Positions 36,316-46,200 of a stretch of DNA of 60,971 bases are shown piece by piece. Each line of letters begins with the position of its first letter. The stretch's first letter is position 1. This stretch comes from an uncultured virus (IMG/VR IMGVR_UViG_3300038423_000674). Its lineage: Duplodnaviria; Heunggongvirae; Uroviricota; Caudoviricetes. The translations under genes and the position numbers were made by a program. The stretch is from the IMG/VR virus record IMGVR_UViG_3300038423_000674; one strand, 5' to 3'. The notes under the pieces are model-generated. The model saw nothing but the letters and a program-made list of their open reading frames with translations. It had not been told where the DNA came from and searched no databases.

Positions 36316-36813
36316 TCAATTTCCCTTGATGGAGTAGTCGGCGGGCCCCCCGACGACGCTCGGGAACTTGCGGAACAGGGGGATGGTGTTGTTGAAGTTG
36401 CCCTGGAACTTCACCCACCATCCCCTGAGGGAATCGTACCCGTTACCTATAAGGACGAGCGGGGCCTCGACCGTGGGGAATGGGGTGGGCTGGGCCGGGA
36501 CGAGGTATATCCCGGAGCTGGCGAGGGACGGGTTCGGGGGGACGGACTCGAACTCCGCCCACATGACGGGATGCATCAGGAACCTCGAAAGGAACTTCCT
36601 GTACAGGGCTATGCTGTCGAGGGATCCCACGTCGACCGTCCCCGCCCCCCACGGGGAGCCCGTCATCTGGAATAGCTGGTCGCCGTAGAAGGTGGTGGTC
36701 TGCACGTCGGCCTGGATGACGTTGACGGCGAGGATAATCCTGTAGCCGGTGTCGATGGCACCATTCCCCAGTTCCTGCCTCTCGCCGAGACGGACCGCCA
36801 GTATCCTTCCCAT
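36316..36813 (-). CDS. Probable structural protein
   Basis: At the end of the late operon; AGGAAG RBS. Confidence 0.5.
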   Translation of the reverse strand: MGRILAVRLGERQELGNGAIDTGYRIILAVNVIQADVQTTTFYGDQLFQMTGSPWGAGTVDVGSLDSIALYRKFLSRFLMHPVMWAEFESVPPNPSLASSGIYLVPAQPTPFPTVEAPLVLIGNGYDSLRGWWVKFQGNFNNTIPLFRKFPSVVGGPADYSIKGN

Positions 36814-36815
36814 GC

Positions 36816-37157
36816 CTACTTCCTCCCGTCCTTCCCACCGACCCGGGGCAGGATGTCGTCGGGGGACCTGCGCATCACCCCCAGCGTCCACCACAGGTAG
36901 AGCCTTCCCGCAAGGGTCAGCAGCCGGTCGCCCAGCACGGCGTGCCTCCAGAAGGAAACGTGGAACCCCAGGCCGGACGTCGAGCGCCCCCCGGACGCCC
37001 TCCGGAGCCGCCAGCACCTCTCCGCCATCCCCAGCGCGAGGTCCCCGACCATGGAGGGGGGTGTGTCGGGGTCCAGCGAGGCGGCGACGAGCGCCCTGCT
37101 CTCCTCGACCAGGCCCATCCGATCCCTTGCCTCGTTGTACGGGGCGGCCTTCGACAT
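36816..37157 (-). CDS. Hypothetical protein
   Basis: 113-aa ORF with AAGGA upstream. Confidence 0.45.
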   Translation of the reverse strand: MSKAAPYNEARDRMGLVEESRALVAASLDPDTPPSMVGDLALGMAERCWRLRRASGGRSTSGLGFHVSFWRHAVLGDRLLTLAGRLYLWWTLGVMRRSPDDILPRVGGKDGRK

Positions 37158-37173
37158 GACAAGTCCTTTAGAA

Positions 37174-37815
37174 TCAGAAGGAAAAAATCCACGAAAAGAT
37201 GATGTTTATTCCTGGTGGAAGTAACAAAGGAGGTAATGTCTTATAGTTCAAAAGGATGACCGTCTGCTGCGCCGCCGCCACGCTGGGGTAGGAGGACGGC
37301 ACGCCGTCGAAGTACGGCGCGGTCTGCATGGGCGTAGAAGGGAGCCCTCCCCCGATCAGCCCCATCTCCCGGATGGCCTGGACGATGCCGTCGACGGTCG
37401 GGTTGACCGTGGTCTGGAAGTCCACGCTCGTGGATATGGTGTTGACCGGGTTGAAGTTCCCGCTGTTGTCCTGCGTCACGAAGTTTATCCTGGAGAGCCG
37501 GATGCGGGCGATTTCCTGGACCATCGCCACCTGCGAGGCGGTCTCTATGGGCTGCGTCTCGGGTGCCCACGTCGGGCTCCCGGCCCCGAGGGCCAGCCCC
37601 CATGCGCCCCATGCTGGCTCGACGGCCGGCACGCTGATGGGCTGCGTCTGCGGAGGGGACAGCGAGATGGGGCTCGCCGTCGCCATGAAGATGGAGAACA
37701 ACCACCTGCTGACGTCGGTTATGATGTTGTCGGCGCGGTACAGGACCTCCCCGGTGTCCTCCCTGGAGACCGTGATCCTCCCCCTCCTGATGATGGCATC
37801 GTGCTTCTCCGTCAT
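37174..37815 (-). CDS. Tail or baseplate-associated protein (tail-fibre N-terminal, collar-like)
   Basis: NIIT...LALGAG...EIAR...IREMGLIGG...LNYKT...FSWIFSF. Confidence 0.7.
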   Translation of the reverse strand: MTEKHDAIIRRGRITVSREDTGEVLYRADNIITDVSRWLFSIFMATASPISLSPPQTQPISVPAVEPAWGAWGLALGAGSPTWAPETQPIETASQVAMVQEIARIRLSRINFVTQDNSGNFNPVNTISTSVDFQTTVNPTVDGIVQAIREMGLIGGGLPSTPMQTAPYFDGVPSSYPSVAAAQQTVILLNYKTLPPLLLPPGINIIFSWIFSF

Positions 37816-39896
37816 TTTGTTCCCCCCTTGCCTTCCCCGGGCATGCCCCTTCCCTTCCGGCACAGCCGCCGTATCATCTTGCCGGAATCCTCGAACAGGG
37901 CGAGCATGCCGGGATGGAACTGCTTGGGATCGGACTCCATGAGCGCCTCGGCGTCGTCCAGCCCCACCCACCTTATCTTGTCCGTCTCCCATGCGCTGTC
38001 CTCTACGGGGCGGAAGGCAAACTCCCTCTGCACTTCCCCGACGAAGTTGAAATACTGGAACTTGCCGTCCTTGTAGACGAAGGCGGGATGGAGCAGGATG
38101 CCTCCCCCGTACCCCGTCTCCTCCTTCAGCTCGTGCCTGGCGCTGTCGGCGGGCGACATCCCCTGCTTCACCGCCCCGCCTATCGTGCCCCAGCAGTTCC
38201 CCTTCAGGACGTCGGCGCTGCGCCATGCGAGGCAGACGCGCCCGGTGGCAGGGCATACGGGAAGGATGCCGGACGCCGCGTCGCCCTCTCCCGCCCAGTG
38301 GCCCTCCTCGTCGATGTAGTCGGCCTTCTTCTCAATCGCCAAGTCGGACAGCCGTCCGACAATCTTGCCCTTCTGGATCATGACGTAGATTTTGTCGGCA
38401 GGCACGGGATGCTGGGACAGCCAGTCGCCGGGCTCGTAGGCGATCACGTTCCCGTATGGATGCCGCTGGACCGGGCCCAGGTCCTTCAGGCTTACGGCAA
38501 GCCATACGTCCCCCCAGACGCTTATCGGCCTGGAGGAGAACGAGCCCTGTATGAACCCCTCGGCCTTGATGGAGGGCAGGTATTCCAGCCTGGTATGGTG
38601 GTAGACGAGGTCCTTGGGGAGCGCCAGGGCGAGTTTGGCTACCTTGCCCCTGGCCGCGGCATCCTCGTGTTCCCTATGGCTTTTCTCTATCTTCGCCTTG
38701 ACGTTCTCCGGGGTGGTGTCCTCGAAGCGGAGCACGAACGAGGACCCGCATGATGGGTCGGGGTCGGTAAACCAGACGTGCCCCCCCGAGATGCCATCGA
38801 ACCTGCCTCCCCCGTCCTTGACCTTCTGGGCAAGGGCCTCCTCGGAGTCCCCGCCTCCTGGAGGAAGGCTGGTTACGCCCGCAGCCTTGCCCTTCGCGCC
38901 CTCCAGCAGGAGGACCTCCTTCTTCACCTGCTGCCTCCTGGCCTCCTGGTCCTTCCATCCCTTGACCTCGGGCTCCCTGAAAAGCTCCCTGGCCAGCAAT
39001 GCGGCCTTGCGGCGGACGGAATGGGGGACTTCCGAGCCGTGGTCGAGGAGGAAGGTGGCGACCGCGACATAGTCCTGCTTCCGCTCGGGCGTGTCGAGGG
39101 CCATGCCCTCTATCTCGGCGAGGAGCGCCGGGACGTTCTCCTTCGGTATGGGCTCATCGAAGCCCAGCGCCGTCCCCGGCTGCCTGTACCTGTCCAGGAT
39201 GTCGTGGGCGGAGTCCCCATCGTAGGAGCGCACCCCCCACTGCCCCGCCTTCTTGCCGTACTGCATCCTGAGCAGTTCGTTGTGGAACCCGGGCCCGAGC
39301 GACAGCGTCCCCTTGGGGTTCCCCTCCTTGTCGTACACGACGAGGTAGAGGGGGAAGGGCTGCGTCTTTATGCTCTGGAACCTGTAGCGTCTGATGGCCT
39401 TGAGGACGTCGTTCTTGGACGGCTTCTCCGGGCGGTCCTTGACGAACTCCAGGGCCCTGTACTTCGGGGCCTTCCTGACCTTCTTGCCCGCCGTGACCAC
39501 GTGCTTCTGCGTCTCGTTGACGAACCCCATGGGAAGCTCGAAGCTCCCCCTGGCGGTCCTCACCGTGGGGTCCTTATCCTCCTCCTCCGCCTTCCCCCTC
39601 TCCGTGATTTCCCTGTAGCATTCGAGGGCCAGGGCGTACATCTTGGCGATGACGTCCTTCCCGTACCCCGTGGAGAGCATGAAGGCCGACATCTCGTCCA
39701 GCATCACGGCCAGGGCCTCGCTCGCCACCTGCCGGAACACGCCCGGGTCGCTGGGAGGAGCCGGGAACTTTACGGAAAATATGGAGAAATTGGGTATGCC
39801 GAGGTCCAGGACTATGGAGGCGGACGGCTGCGCCGAGCGCGTCGTCGTTATTTCGAGCGTCCCGTTGGCCGGCGAAAGGTAGGACTTCTTCTTCAT
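37812..39896 (-). CDS. Polyvalent protein: unknown domains plus DUF4259-like, ART-like and Nudix domains
   Basis: GQWGVRSYDGDSAHD; VYHHT...SIKAEGF; WGTIGG...SARHELKEETG. Confidence 0.75.
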   Translation of the reverse strand: MKKKSYLSPANGTLEITTTRSAQPSASIVLDLGIPNFSIFSVKFPAPPSDPGVFRQVASEALAVMLDEMSAFMLSTGYGKDVIAKMYALALECYREITERGKAEEEDKDPTVRTARGSFELPMGFVNETQKHVVTAGKKVRKAPKYRALEFVKDRPEKPSKNDVLKAIRRYRFQSIKTQPFPLYLVVYDKEGNPKGTLSLGPGFHNELLRMQYGKKAGQWGVRSYDGDSAHDILDRYRQPGTALGFDEPIPKENVPALLAEIEGMALDTPERKQDYVAVATFLLDHGSEVPHSVRRKAALLARELFREPEVKGWKDQEARRQQVKKEVLLLEGAKGKAAGVTSLPPGGGDSEEALAQKVKDGGGRFDGISGGHVWFTDPDPSCGSSFVLRFEDTTPENVKAKIEKSHREHEDAAARGKVAKLALALPKDLVYHHTRLEYLPSIKAEGFIQGSFSSRPISVWGDVWLAVSLKDLGPVQRHPYGNVIAYEPGDWLSQHPVPADKIYVMIQKGKIVGRLSDLAIEKKADYIDEEGHWAGEGDAASGILPVCPATGRVCLAWRSADVLKGNCWGTIGGAVKQGMSPADSARHELKEETGYGGGILLHPAFVYKDGKFQYFNFVGEVQREFAFRPVEDSAWETDKIRWVGLDDAEALMESDPKQFHPGMLALFEDSGKMIRRLCRKGRGMPGEGKGGTK

Positions 39897-39925
39897 CTAA
39901 CTAGGAACGGGTAGTCCCTTGCCTC

Positions 39926-40378
39926 CTATGCTTGGTGAAGCTCGCCGTCCTTCAGGAACCCGTGCCAGCCATTGGCCAGGACGCTGCCCGCCCCCACGGG
40001 GCATGTCGGCCCGGCATTCTTGTCCACGGTGACGTTGGGGGGCTCCCCCCGCCTGGGCCAGCAGCGGTGCGTCCAGTCGTCCTTCATTGTGCAATTGGAA
40101 CAATGCCCGTCGATGCTCCAGTCGGAGCCGTTGGGGAGGACGACGCAAAGCGGGGGCTCGGTCTCGTTCTTCCATATGGCGTTTTTGACGTACCAGTAGC
40201 AATGCCACATGGCTCCCGGGCCGAACTCATGCACGTGTTCGTGGCGCTCGCCTGTGTCGTTGCGCACAAAGCCCAGGATTTCCCGGTTGTCCCATACGGG
40301 ATAATCGGAGTCGTCGATGCGCTTGTCCCCGAATATGGGCTCCACGAGGAAGCATTTGATCCCCATGCTTGTATTCAT
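39926..40378 (-). CDS. Cys/His-rich hypothetical protein (DUF6527-like)
   Basis: C-terminal WHGFLKDGEL. Confidence 0.55.
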   Translation of the reverse strand: MNTSMGIKCFLVEPIFGDKRIDDSDYPVWDNREILGFVRNDTGERHEHVHEFGPGAMWHCYWYVKNAIWKNETEPPLCVVLPNGSDWSIDGHCSNCTMKDDWTHRCWPRRGEPPNVTVDKNAGPTCPVGAGSVLANGWHGFLKDGELHQA

Positions 40379-41307
40379 CTATTTAGGGGACTTAAAGCCC
40401 TCAAACAAAACCCGCAACCATTGCTGAGGATACCTCTAGCAACATGCCAACGTGTATGCCTGCCTCTGTCTAAAGAGGCCTTTCGTTTATCGTCGCATAC
40501 CATCCCCTTGAGTGCATTGGAAATAGCGTCTCTTTGAGATTTTGGCATGGGTCTTCCTTGCTGTCGCAACCTCATCCGCTCAGCCTGCCTAAGCCTTTCT
40601 ACATCGGTCCATACATGTCGCATGGGCATAACGGGCTTAATCCCTTGCTCCCTTTCCCGTCTTCGCCGAACGGACTGAGCTTCCGACATATGAATATGAA
40701 ACGTGGGAGATTTTTGGGCCTTTCGCAAGGCGTTCAATCTTATTTGCTCACTCCTTTTGTCTTTTATCCGATGCAAAAAGCAGGTTGATGAGCAATATAC
40801 CCTCTTCTTTTTTCCAAAGGATACGAAAAAGGTCCCCCCACAGACAGGACAGAGTTTTTCTATCTGTGGTTTTTTATTAAGTTGCTTAGCCTTACGGATT
40901 TTGAGTGAGTGAACTCTACGATCTTGTGGACTATAGGATGACCACATCTCTTTACTTGCTGCAGATATTTTAGAACAAGTGGCCTTCGTGTGCGGCCCCG
41001 TGAACCCCTCCCCTCCCCGTTGGATGTTGTAGCCGTACTCCGGGTCCTGCGAGCGCAGGAACCTGATGAAGTCCCGTTCAATTTGGTCAAGCTCGATCCT
41101 GTCCTGGATGTCGGATCGTAGGGCGTGGATGGACCAGACCTTGGGGTCTGGGTGCTTGCGCATGGAATGGAACAGGCGGGAGTTTTCGGAGATTCCTCTC
41201 CGGGCGTGGTGGAGCTTCTGCTGGAGGTACTTCTTTAGGTTGCTCCCTTTGTGCTGACCAACGTAATATTTGCTGGTCTCATGGTTTACGATCAGGTAGA
41301 CGAACAC
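40375..41307 (-). CDS. GIY-YIG homing endonuclease
   Basis: FVYLIVN...YYVGQ...GYNIQRGGEGF; CPVC/YCS..C finger; low-GC C-terminus. Confidence 0.88.
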   Translation of the reverse strand: MFVYLIVNHETSKYYVGQHKGSNLKKYLQQKLHHARRGISENSRLFHSMRKHPDPKVWSIHALRSDIQDRIELDQIERDFIRFLRSQDPEYGYNIQRGGEGFTGPHTKATCSKISAASKEMWSSYSPQDRRVHSLKIRKAKQLNKKPQIEKLCPVCGGTFFVSFGKKKRVYCSSTCFLHRIKDKRSEQIRLNALRKAQKSPTFHIHMSEAQSVRRRREREQGIKPVMPMRHVWTDVERLRQAERMRLRQQGRPMPKSQRDAISNALKGMVCDDKRKASLDRGRHTRWHVARGILSNGCGFCLRALSPLNR

Positions 41308-41346
41308 GACAACCCCCCCCTATAATACCAATGGGAAGTTGTTTTT

Positions 41347-42777
41347 TCAATCAAAGTTTAATACCTGCAATGAGTCTTTACGAATCTCCCAGGCGTTCGA
41401 CTCCCTCGGGGCCACGAGGCCCATCGGGCTGGCGACGTTCCAATTGGCAACCTCGCCGGTGGGGCTCCCCGTCTTGTCCACGACCTGGATCCATTTCTGC
41501 GGACTGGTGAGGTAGCTCGTGCCGAGGTTCTCCCACAGGATGCCGTTGTCGTCCGTGATGTCCCCCTTGGTGGTGCTGAACGTCACGGAAGCGCCGGATA
41601 TGCCCCCCGTGGTCGCAACCTGCAAGTTGCCATTCGGGTCCAGGATGAACTGGCCCGCATAGAACGGCGAGCCGCCCGCCCACGGGGCGATGCCGAGGAT
41701 GTAAGCCCCGGAAGGCAGCGGATGGTATGCCTGCCATGCCGCGGGGCTGGGGAGCTGCTTCCAGTAGGAGGGGCTGCTTGCCGGGGACTGCCCGACGTTC
41801 TTCTTCAGGGCCCGGTACATGAGGTAGCTCGCCATCGGCGGGCTGATCGTGGAGAGGCTCGCCAGGATGCCCCTGGCGTACGTCGCGGCCGGGTCCCACG
41901 GGGCGGGAAGGGCCTGGAGCGCCGTCCACTGGGCATAGGTCAGGAAGGGCGTCATGCGGCGTCCGAACGATGCGAGCGTCGTCTTCGGGTGCTTCACGTC
42001 GAATATGGGGGCTATCCACAGCATCGGGTCGAGCGGCGCTGCCTCTATCTGCTGGACGATGATCCGCAGCGTGTCGATGATGGACATGGGGAGGTTCTCG
42101 GTCTCCCCGAACACCGTGGTGAACTCCAGGCCGACGTGGGCGGGCTTGGCGAGGTCGATGGCCCCGTAAAGGCTCCGCACTATCTCCTGGAGCTGCCCGA
42201 GGCTCTGCACCTCCGTCAGGGGATTGCTCCCGAAGGCGTTGACGCTCACCTGGATGGCGTTCCGGTCCGACTGGTCGTAGACGCCCTGCCCTATCTGCGT
42301 GTAGAGCTCCACCACCTTGATGGCCTTCCCCGTGTAGGCGTAGATCACGTCTTCGATTGCCTTGGAGGTGGCCCCGAGCCGGTAGGCGGCAAGGAGGTCG
42401 ACGAGCATGTCCCTGTACCCCACCGGGTTGGTCAGGGAGGGGACCACGGGGCTCCCCGTGAAGTCGCCCTTGTCGAACTGCGCGGGCGGGGGGAAGTTGC
42501 GCCCCACGGACAGCGGCCCCGCCCAGCGGCGGCGGGCGTCGGGGGGCGTCAGGTACTGCGGCTCCCCCGTGACAATATCATATTGGTAGTCGTAGTCCAG
42601 GCGGGCGAGCTCCTGGGCGATGGCGCGCATGAGGCCCCCCCACATGGGCTGGTCGTTGCGCGGGGAGTAGTAGTTGCAGACCGCCTGGAGGAGCCCGAAC
42701 AGGCGGGCGTCCTCGAAGACCAGGAGCGATTCCCTGGGCAGGAGGTAGAGCAGGTCCGGATTGATCTGGCTAGCCAC
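41347..42777 (-). CDS. Baseplate wedge (gpI-like) protein
   Basis: AYRLGAT...IDLAKPAHV motif; follows the baseplate J-like gene. Confidence 0.7.
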   Translation of the reverse strand: MASQINPDLLYLLPRESLLVFEDARLFGLLQAVCNYYSPRNDQPMWGGLMRAIAQELARLDYDYQYDIVTGEPQYLTPPDARRRWAGPLSVGRNFPPPAQFDKGDFTGSPVVPSLTNPVGYRDMLVDLLAAYRLGATSKAIEDVIYAYTGKAIKVVELYTQIGQGVYDQSDRNAIQVSVNAFGSNPLTEVQSLGQLQEIVRSLYGAIDLAKPAHVGLEFTTVFGETENLPMSIIDTLRIIVQQIEAAPLDPMLWIAPIFDVKHPKTTLASFGRRMTPFLTYAQWTALQALPAPWDPAATYARGILASLSTISPPMASYLMYRALKKNVGQSPASSPSYWKQLPSPAAWQAYHPLPSGAYILGIAPWAGGSPFYAGQFILDPNGNLQVATTGGISGASVTFSTTKGDITDDNGILWENLGTSYLTSPQKWIQVVDKTGSPTGEVANWNVASPMGLVAPRESNAWEIRKDSLQVLNFD

Positions 42778-42869
42778 CCTTTTTCCTCGTTGCCAGCAGG
42801 CCTATGATGAAAAGGAAAGTGCTGAGCGCCGAAACGCTGGCGAACGCCGTCCACATGTCCTTGGTCATG

Positions 42870-43220
42870 TTATCCGATGATCCTCATCCGGGGCTTCCAC
42901 CGCTCGTCGTCGGATTCCCCCATGGGATGCATGTACATGTCCTCGTAGTCGTGGGGGTCCCACGAAGGATCGAGGATAGGAACCTTGCGTATGTCATCCC
43001 CCTTGACCTCGATGGCGACGGGGTCCTTCAGCTCCCCGTCCCAGCCGCCCCTGGCAGCATATTCCTCGGCGGAATAGGGAGTGCCGTAAAGGTATACCCC
43101 GTAGCCCGCATCCCCCCATCCTCCCGCAAAGCCGTTCTTCAGGATGTCCGCCGCGGCATCCCTTTCCGTGACGTGGTAGAATGTCCTCGGCGAAGCGAGG
43201 AACTGCGCCCTGAATCCCAT
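42870..43220 (-). CDS. Stand-alone ADP-ribosyltransferase-fold protein
   Basis: FYHVT...ILKNGF...GYGVYL...AEEYA...IEV...E. Confidence 0.75.
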   Translation of the reverse strand: MGFRAQFLASPRTFYHVTERDAAADILKNGFAGGWGDAGYGVYLYGTPYSAEEYAARGGWDGELKDPVAIEVKGDDIRKVPILDPSWDPHDYEDMYMHPMGESDDERWKPRMRIIG

Positions 43221-43222
43221 GC

Positions 43223-46200
43223 CTAGCTCCCCGACGCCACGTAGCCGATGGTGACGCGGCCCGGCACGACGTACTCCGTGCTGGAAAGGACGACGTCGCT
43301 CGCCGTCGTCTCCCCCTCCACGACGTAGGTCACGAAGTAACTCTTGAGCGAGGGCGTCGGCGTGTCGGCCGGAATCGTGAGGATGACCTTCTGGGCGTAG
43401 GATGCGGCGAGCGGCGCGGAGGCGCTGACCTGGTCGTTGGCCCCTATGATGTAGAACGAGCCGTTCTCCGAGGACACGGAGGGCGTCGCCGCATTGTCGA
43501 GGAAGTCCCGCACCGACGTGGCGCGGGCGTATTCCTGCCCCTGGTAGAGCAGCCCGACGAAGGCGTCTGCAGGCCCCCCCGAGGGGACGGTGCTGTCCGG
43601 AAGAATTTGGCCGGAGGAGATGAAGCTGTTGCTCGGGACCGCCAGCCCGGTGAATGCTGGGTCCTGGGAAAGCGGGGTCCAGGCCGTCCCCGTGGGTATC
43701 ACGACCGCGACGTCGTAGCTCCCGTCGCTCTTGGCGCACTTCGTGAGGGGCAGGACGACGGACTTCACGCCCGGGACCGCCTGCACCTGGGCGACGATCT
43801 CGGACTGGTAGAGCGTCGTCTCGGCGTTGTCCAGCACCGTGTCGATGGCGGTGCGGACGGCCGGGTCTATCGTGCTGGCTGAGATTCCCTGCTCCAGCAC
43901 CACGGTCAGCGTGACGTCCACGGGGTTGGCGACCATCGCCTTGACCAGCACGTCAGCATCGGCATGCTTCGTGCTGGCGATCCGATTCGCCAGGATGGGG
44001 ACGAACGCGGGGTATTCCGTGGCGACGGTGAAGGCCTCGTTGTAGAAGTACGACACGAGGACCTGCCCGCCATCGGGGATGCGGCTCGTCCCGCTGACGG
44101 ACGTGTTCCTCTGGATCGTGGCGAGGCCCGAGATCGGGTCCACGGCAAGGATGAAGTCCACGCCCTCGACCATCGTCTCGTACGTCGGGGGATCCTGCCC
44201 GTTCTGGAACAGGACCTTGACGTAGCGGCTTGCGTAGGGCACCCTGGCGGCGATGAGGTCGACGTCCAGGACGAGGACGGTGCCATCGACCGTGTCCCCC
44301 AGGGGATTGACGTAGCTGGTGCCGTAGGTCGGCGGCTGCCATGCGTTCTGGATGAACCCTTGGTTGGCCAGGGCGCTGGGGATGCTCCCGTTGAGCGTCA
44401 GGGCCTCGCCGGAGGCGAAGCTCAGGCTCTCGCTGACGACGAACTTGTTGTACGCCACGACCACCTTCTGCTGGTCCTGGATGGCGCTTCCCGTGGCCGT
44501 CCCCGTCACCGCCGTGGCGGGAAGGTCGCTGCCGGGATAGGTGGCGGTGAAGGCCGTGCCGGTCGAGGCGACGACGACGACGGTCTCCCCGTTGAGGAAC
44601 GCCGCCGCGTTGGCGGCCGGAATCCCGCCCAGAAGGATGGGTGCCCCCGTCCCGAAGTCGTTGGCGCATGCCACGGTCAGGACGTTGCCGGAGATGCTTA
44701 CTTGCGTGATGGCGACCGACTTGACCTGCGGGAGCAGGGCATACGTGCGGTAGGGCCCGGCGGGCACGATGACGTAGTCGCCGCCCGGGCCGAAGCTGTA
44801 CAGTATCGAGGAGTCCGTGGAACGGACGGACAGGACGTTGCCGGGGACGCCGTTCGTGTCCACCGGCAGGTCCATCCCCGAGTCGATCAGGACGGGGAGG
44901 GGGACGCCTCCCGGCACGCTCGCCTCTATGGTCAGGATGAGGGGGCTGCTTGCCGTGGAGGGGACCTGCGCGGTGTCCCCGGCCCGGTTGGACCCCCCGT
45001 CGAGCAGGAAGTCCGAATGGTGCACCAGGGTGACGAGGGCCTCCGGGACCGCCCCCGTATAGCCCGCCTGCCCGACGACGGAATTTACCTTCATCACGGG
45101 CTGGTTCTCCGGAACGTCGGACAGGGGGGACTGGATGCGGGCGAGCAGGCTGTAGTTCGCCGAGCCGCCAGCATACGTCACCGCCGCCAGGTTGGTTGCC
45201 GGGACGCCGTTGATCAGGAAGGGGACGTAGGCTTGCGTGGGGCCGCTTCCCGTGACCTGGTATGCCATGTCGCCGGGGTCGAGGATGAGGAACCCGTCCG
45301 TGTTGTTGAACTGCGCCTTGCCGAGGCCGAGGAAGAACTGGCCCGTGAGGCTGGAGACCAGCAGCTCCACCCCCTGGTAGGGCTGCCACGGCAGCGCCCG
45401 GAAGGCGGCGCTCCCTATCTGGAACTTCACGAGCTGGCTGGACTTGGAGACCAGGGTGAGGAACAGGTAGCTGGTGTAGGCCCCGTACGTCCCGGAGTTC
45501 TGGTACCGGAACGCCACGATGTCGTCCTCCTCGGACGACGTGTTCCCCTGGACGTAGACGTCAACGCAACCGAAGACGTGCTTCTGGCGGATGGGGTCCC
45601 AGTCCCTCTGCATCTCGACGTCCCCTGCCGCCACCACCTCCCCCGCCACCACGCCCGGAGTGGCCAGGGCGGCGGTGAGGTAGCCGTCCCGGGTCCCGGA
45701 GTCGACGCCCGTGACCTGCCGCACGGCGATGCGGGATGCGAACTTGGAGTTTATCTCGTCGTCCTGCCCGAACGTGGCGGCGACGGGGTTCGTGATGTTC
45801 CAGCCCGCAGGGGCACCGGAGCCTATGGTGCGGATCGTACCGGCCCCCGCGTTCGTGGTGCTTCCGGCAGTCTGGCACGATGCGGGGACCGACACCGCCC
45901 ACCATCCGTTGACGGGGTCGTAGAAGGATGCCGCGGAGCCCTTGTCCACCACGGCGGAGCCCGTGGTCATGAACGTCAGCGAGGGCGTGTTGCCATCGGG
46001 GACCGTGGCGCACAGGATGCCCACGGGAAACGACACCGTGACCGTGGGCTTGACGTAGGTGTAGAACGTGAGGGTCACGACGGAGGATGTGGCCCCTCCG
46101 CGAACGAGCCCCACGCTTTCCCCGAGGATGTCGAACTGCTTGTCGATGAGCGTCTGCGTGTCGTTGGCGCTGAGCCCGAAGGCCCGGGAAATCTGCTGCT

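Noticed and set aside
37170..41390. Diversity-generating retroelement variable regions at gene ends
   Set aside because: No reverse transcriptase or template repeat is in the window, and the tracts gain A/T rather than losing A.
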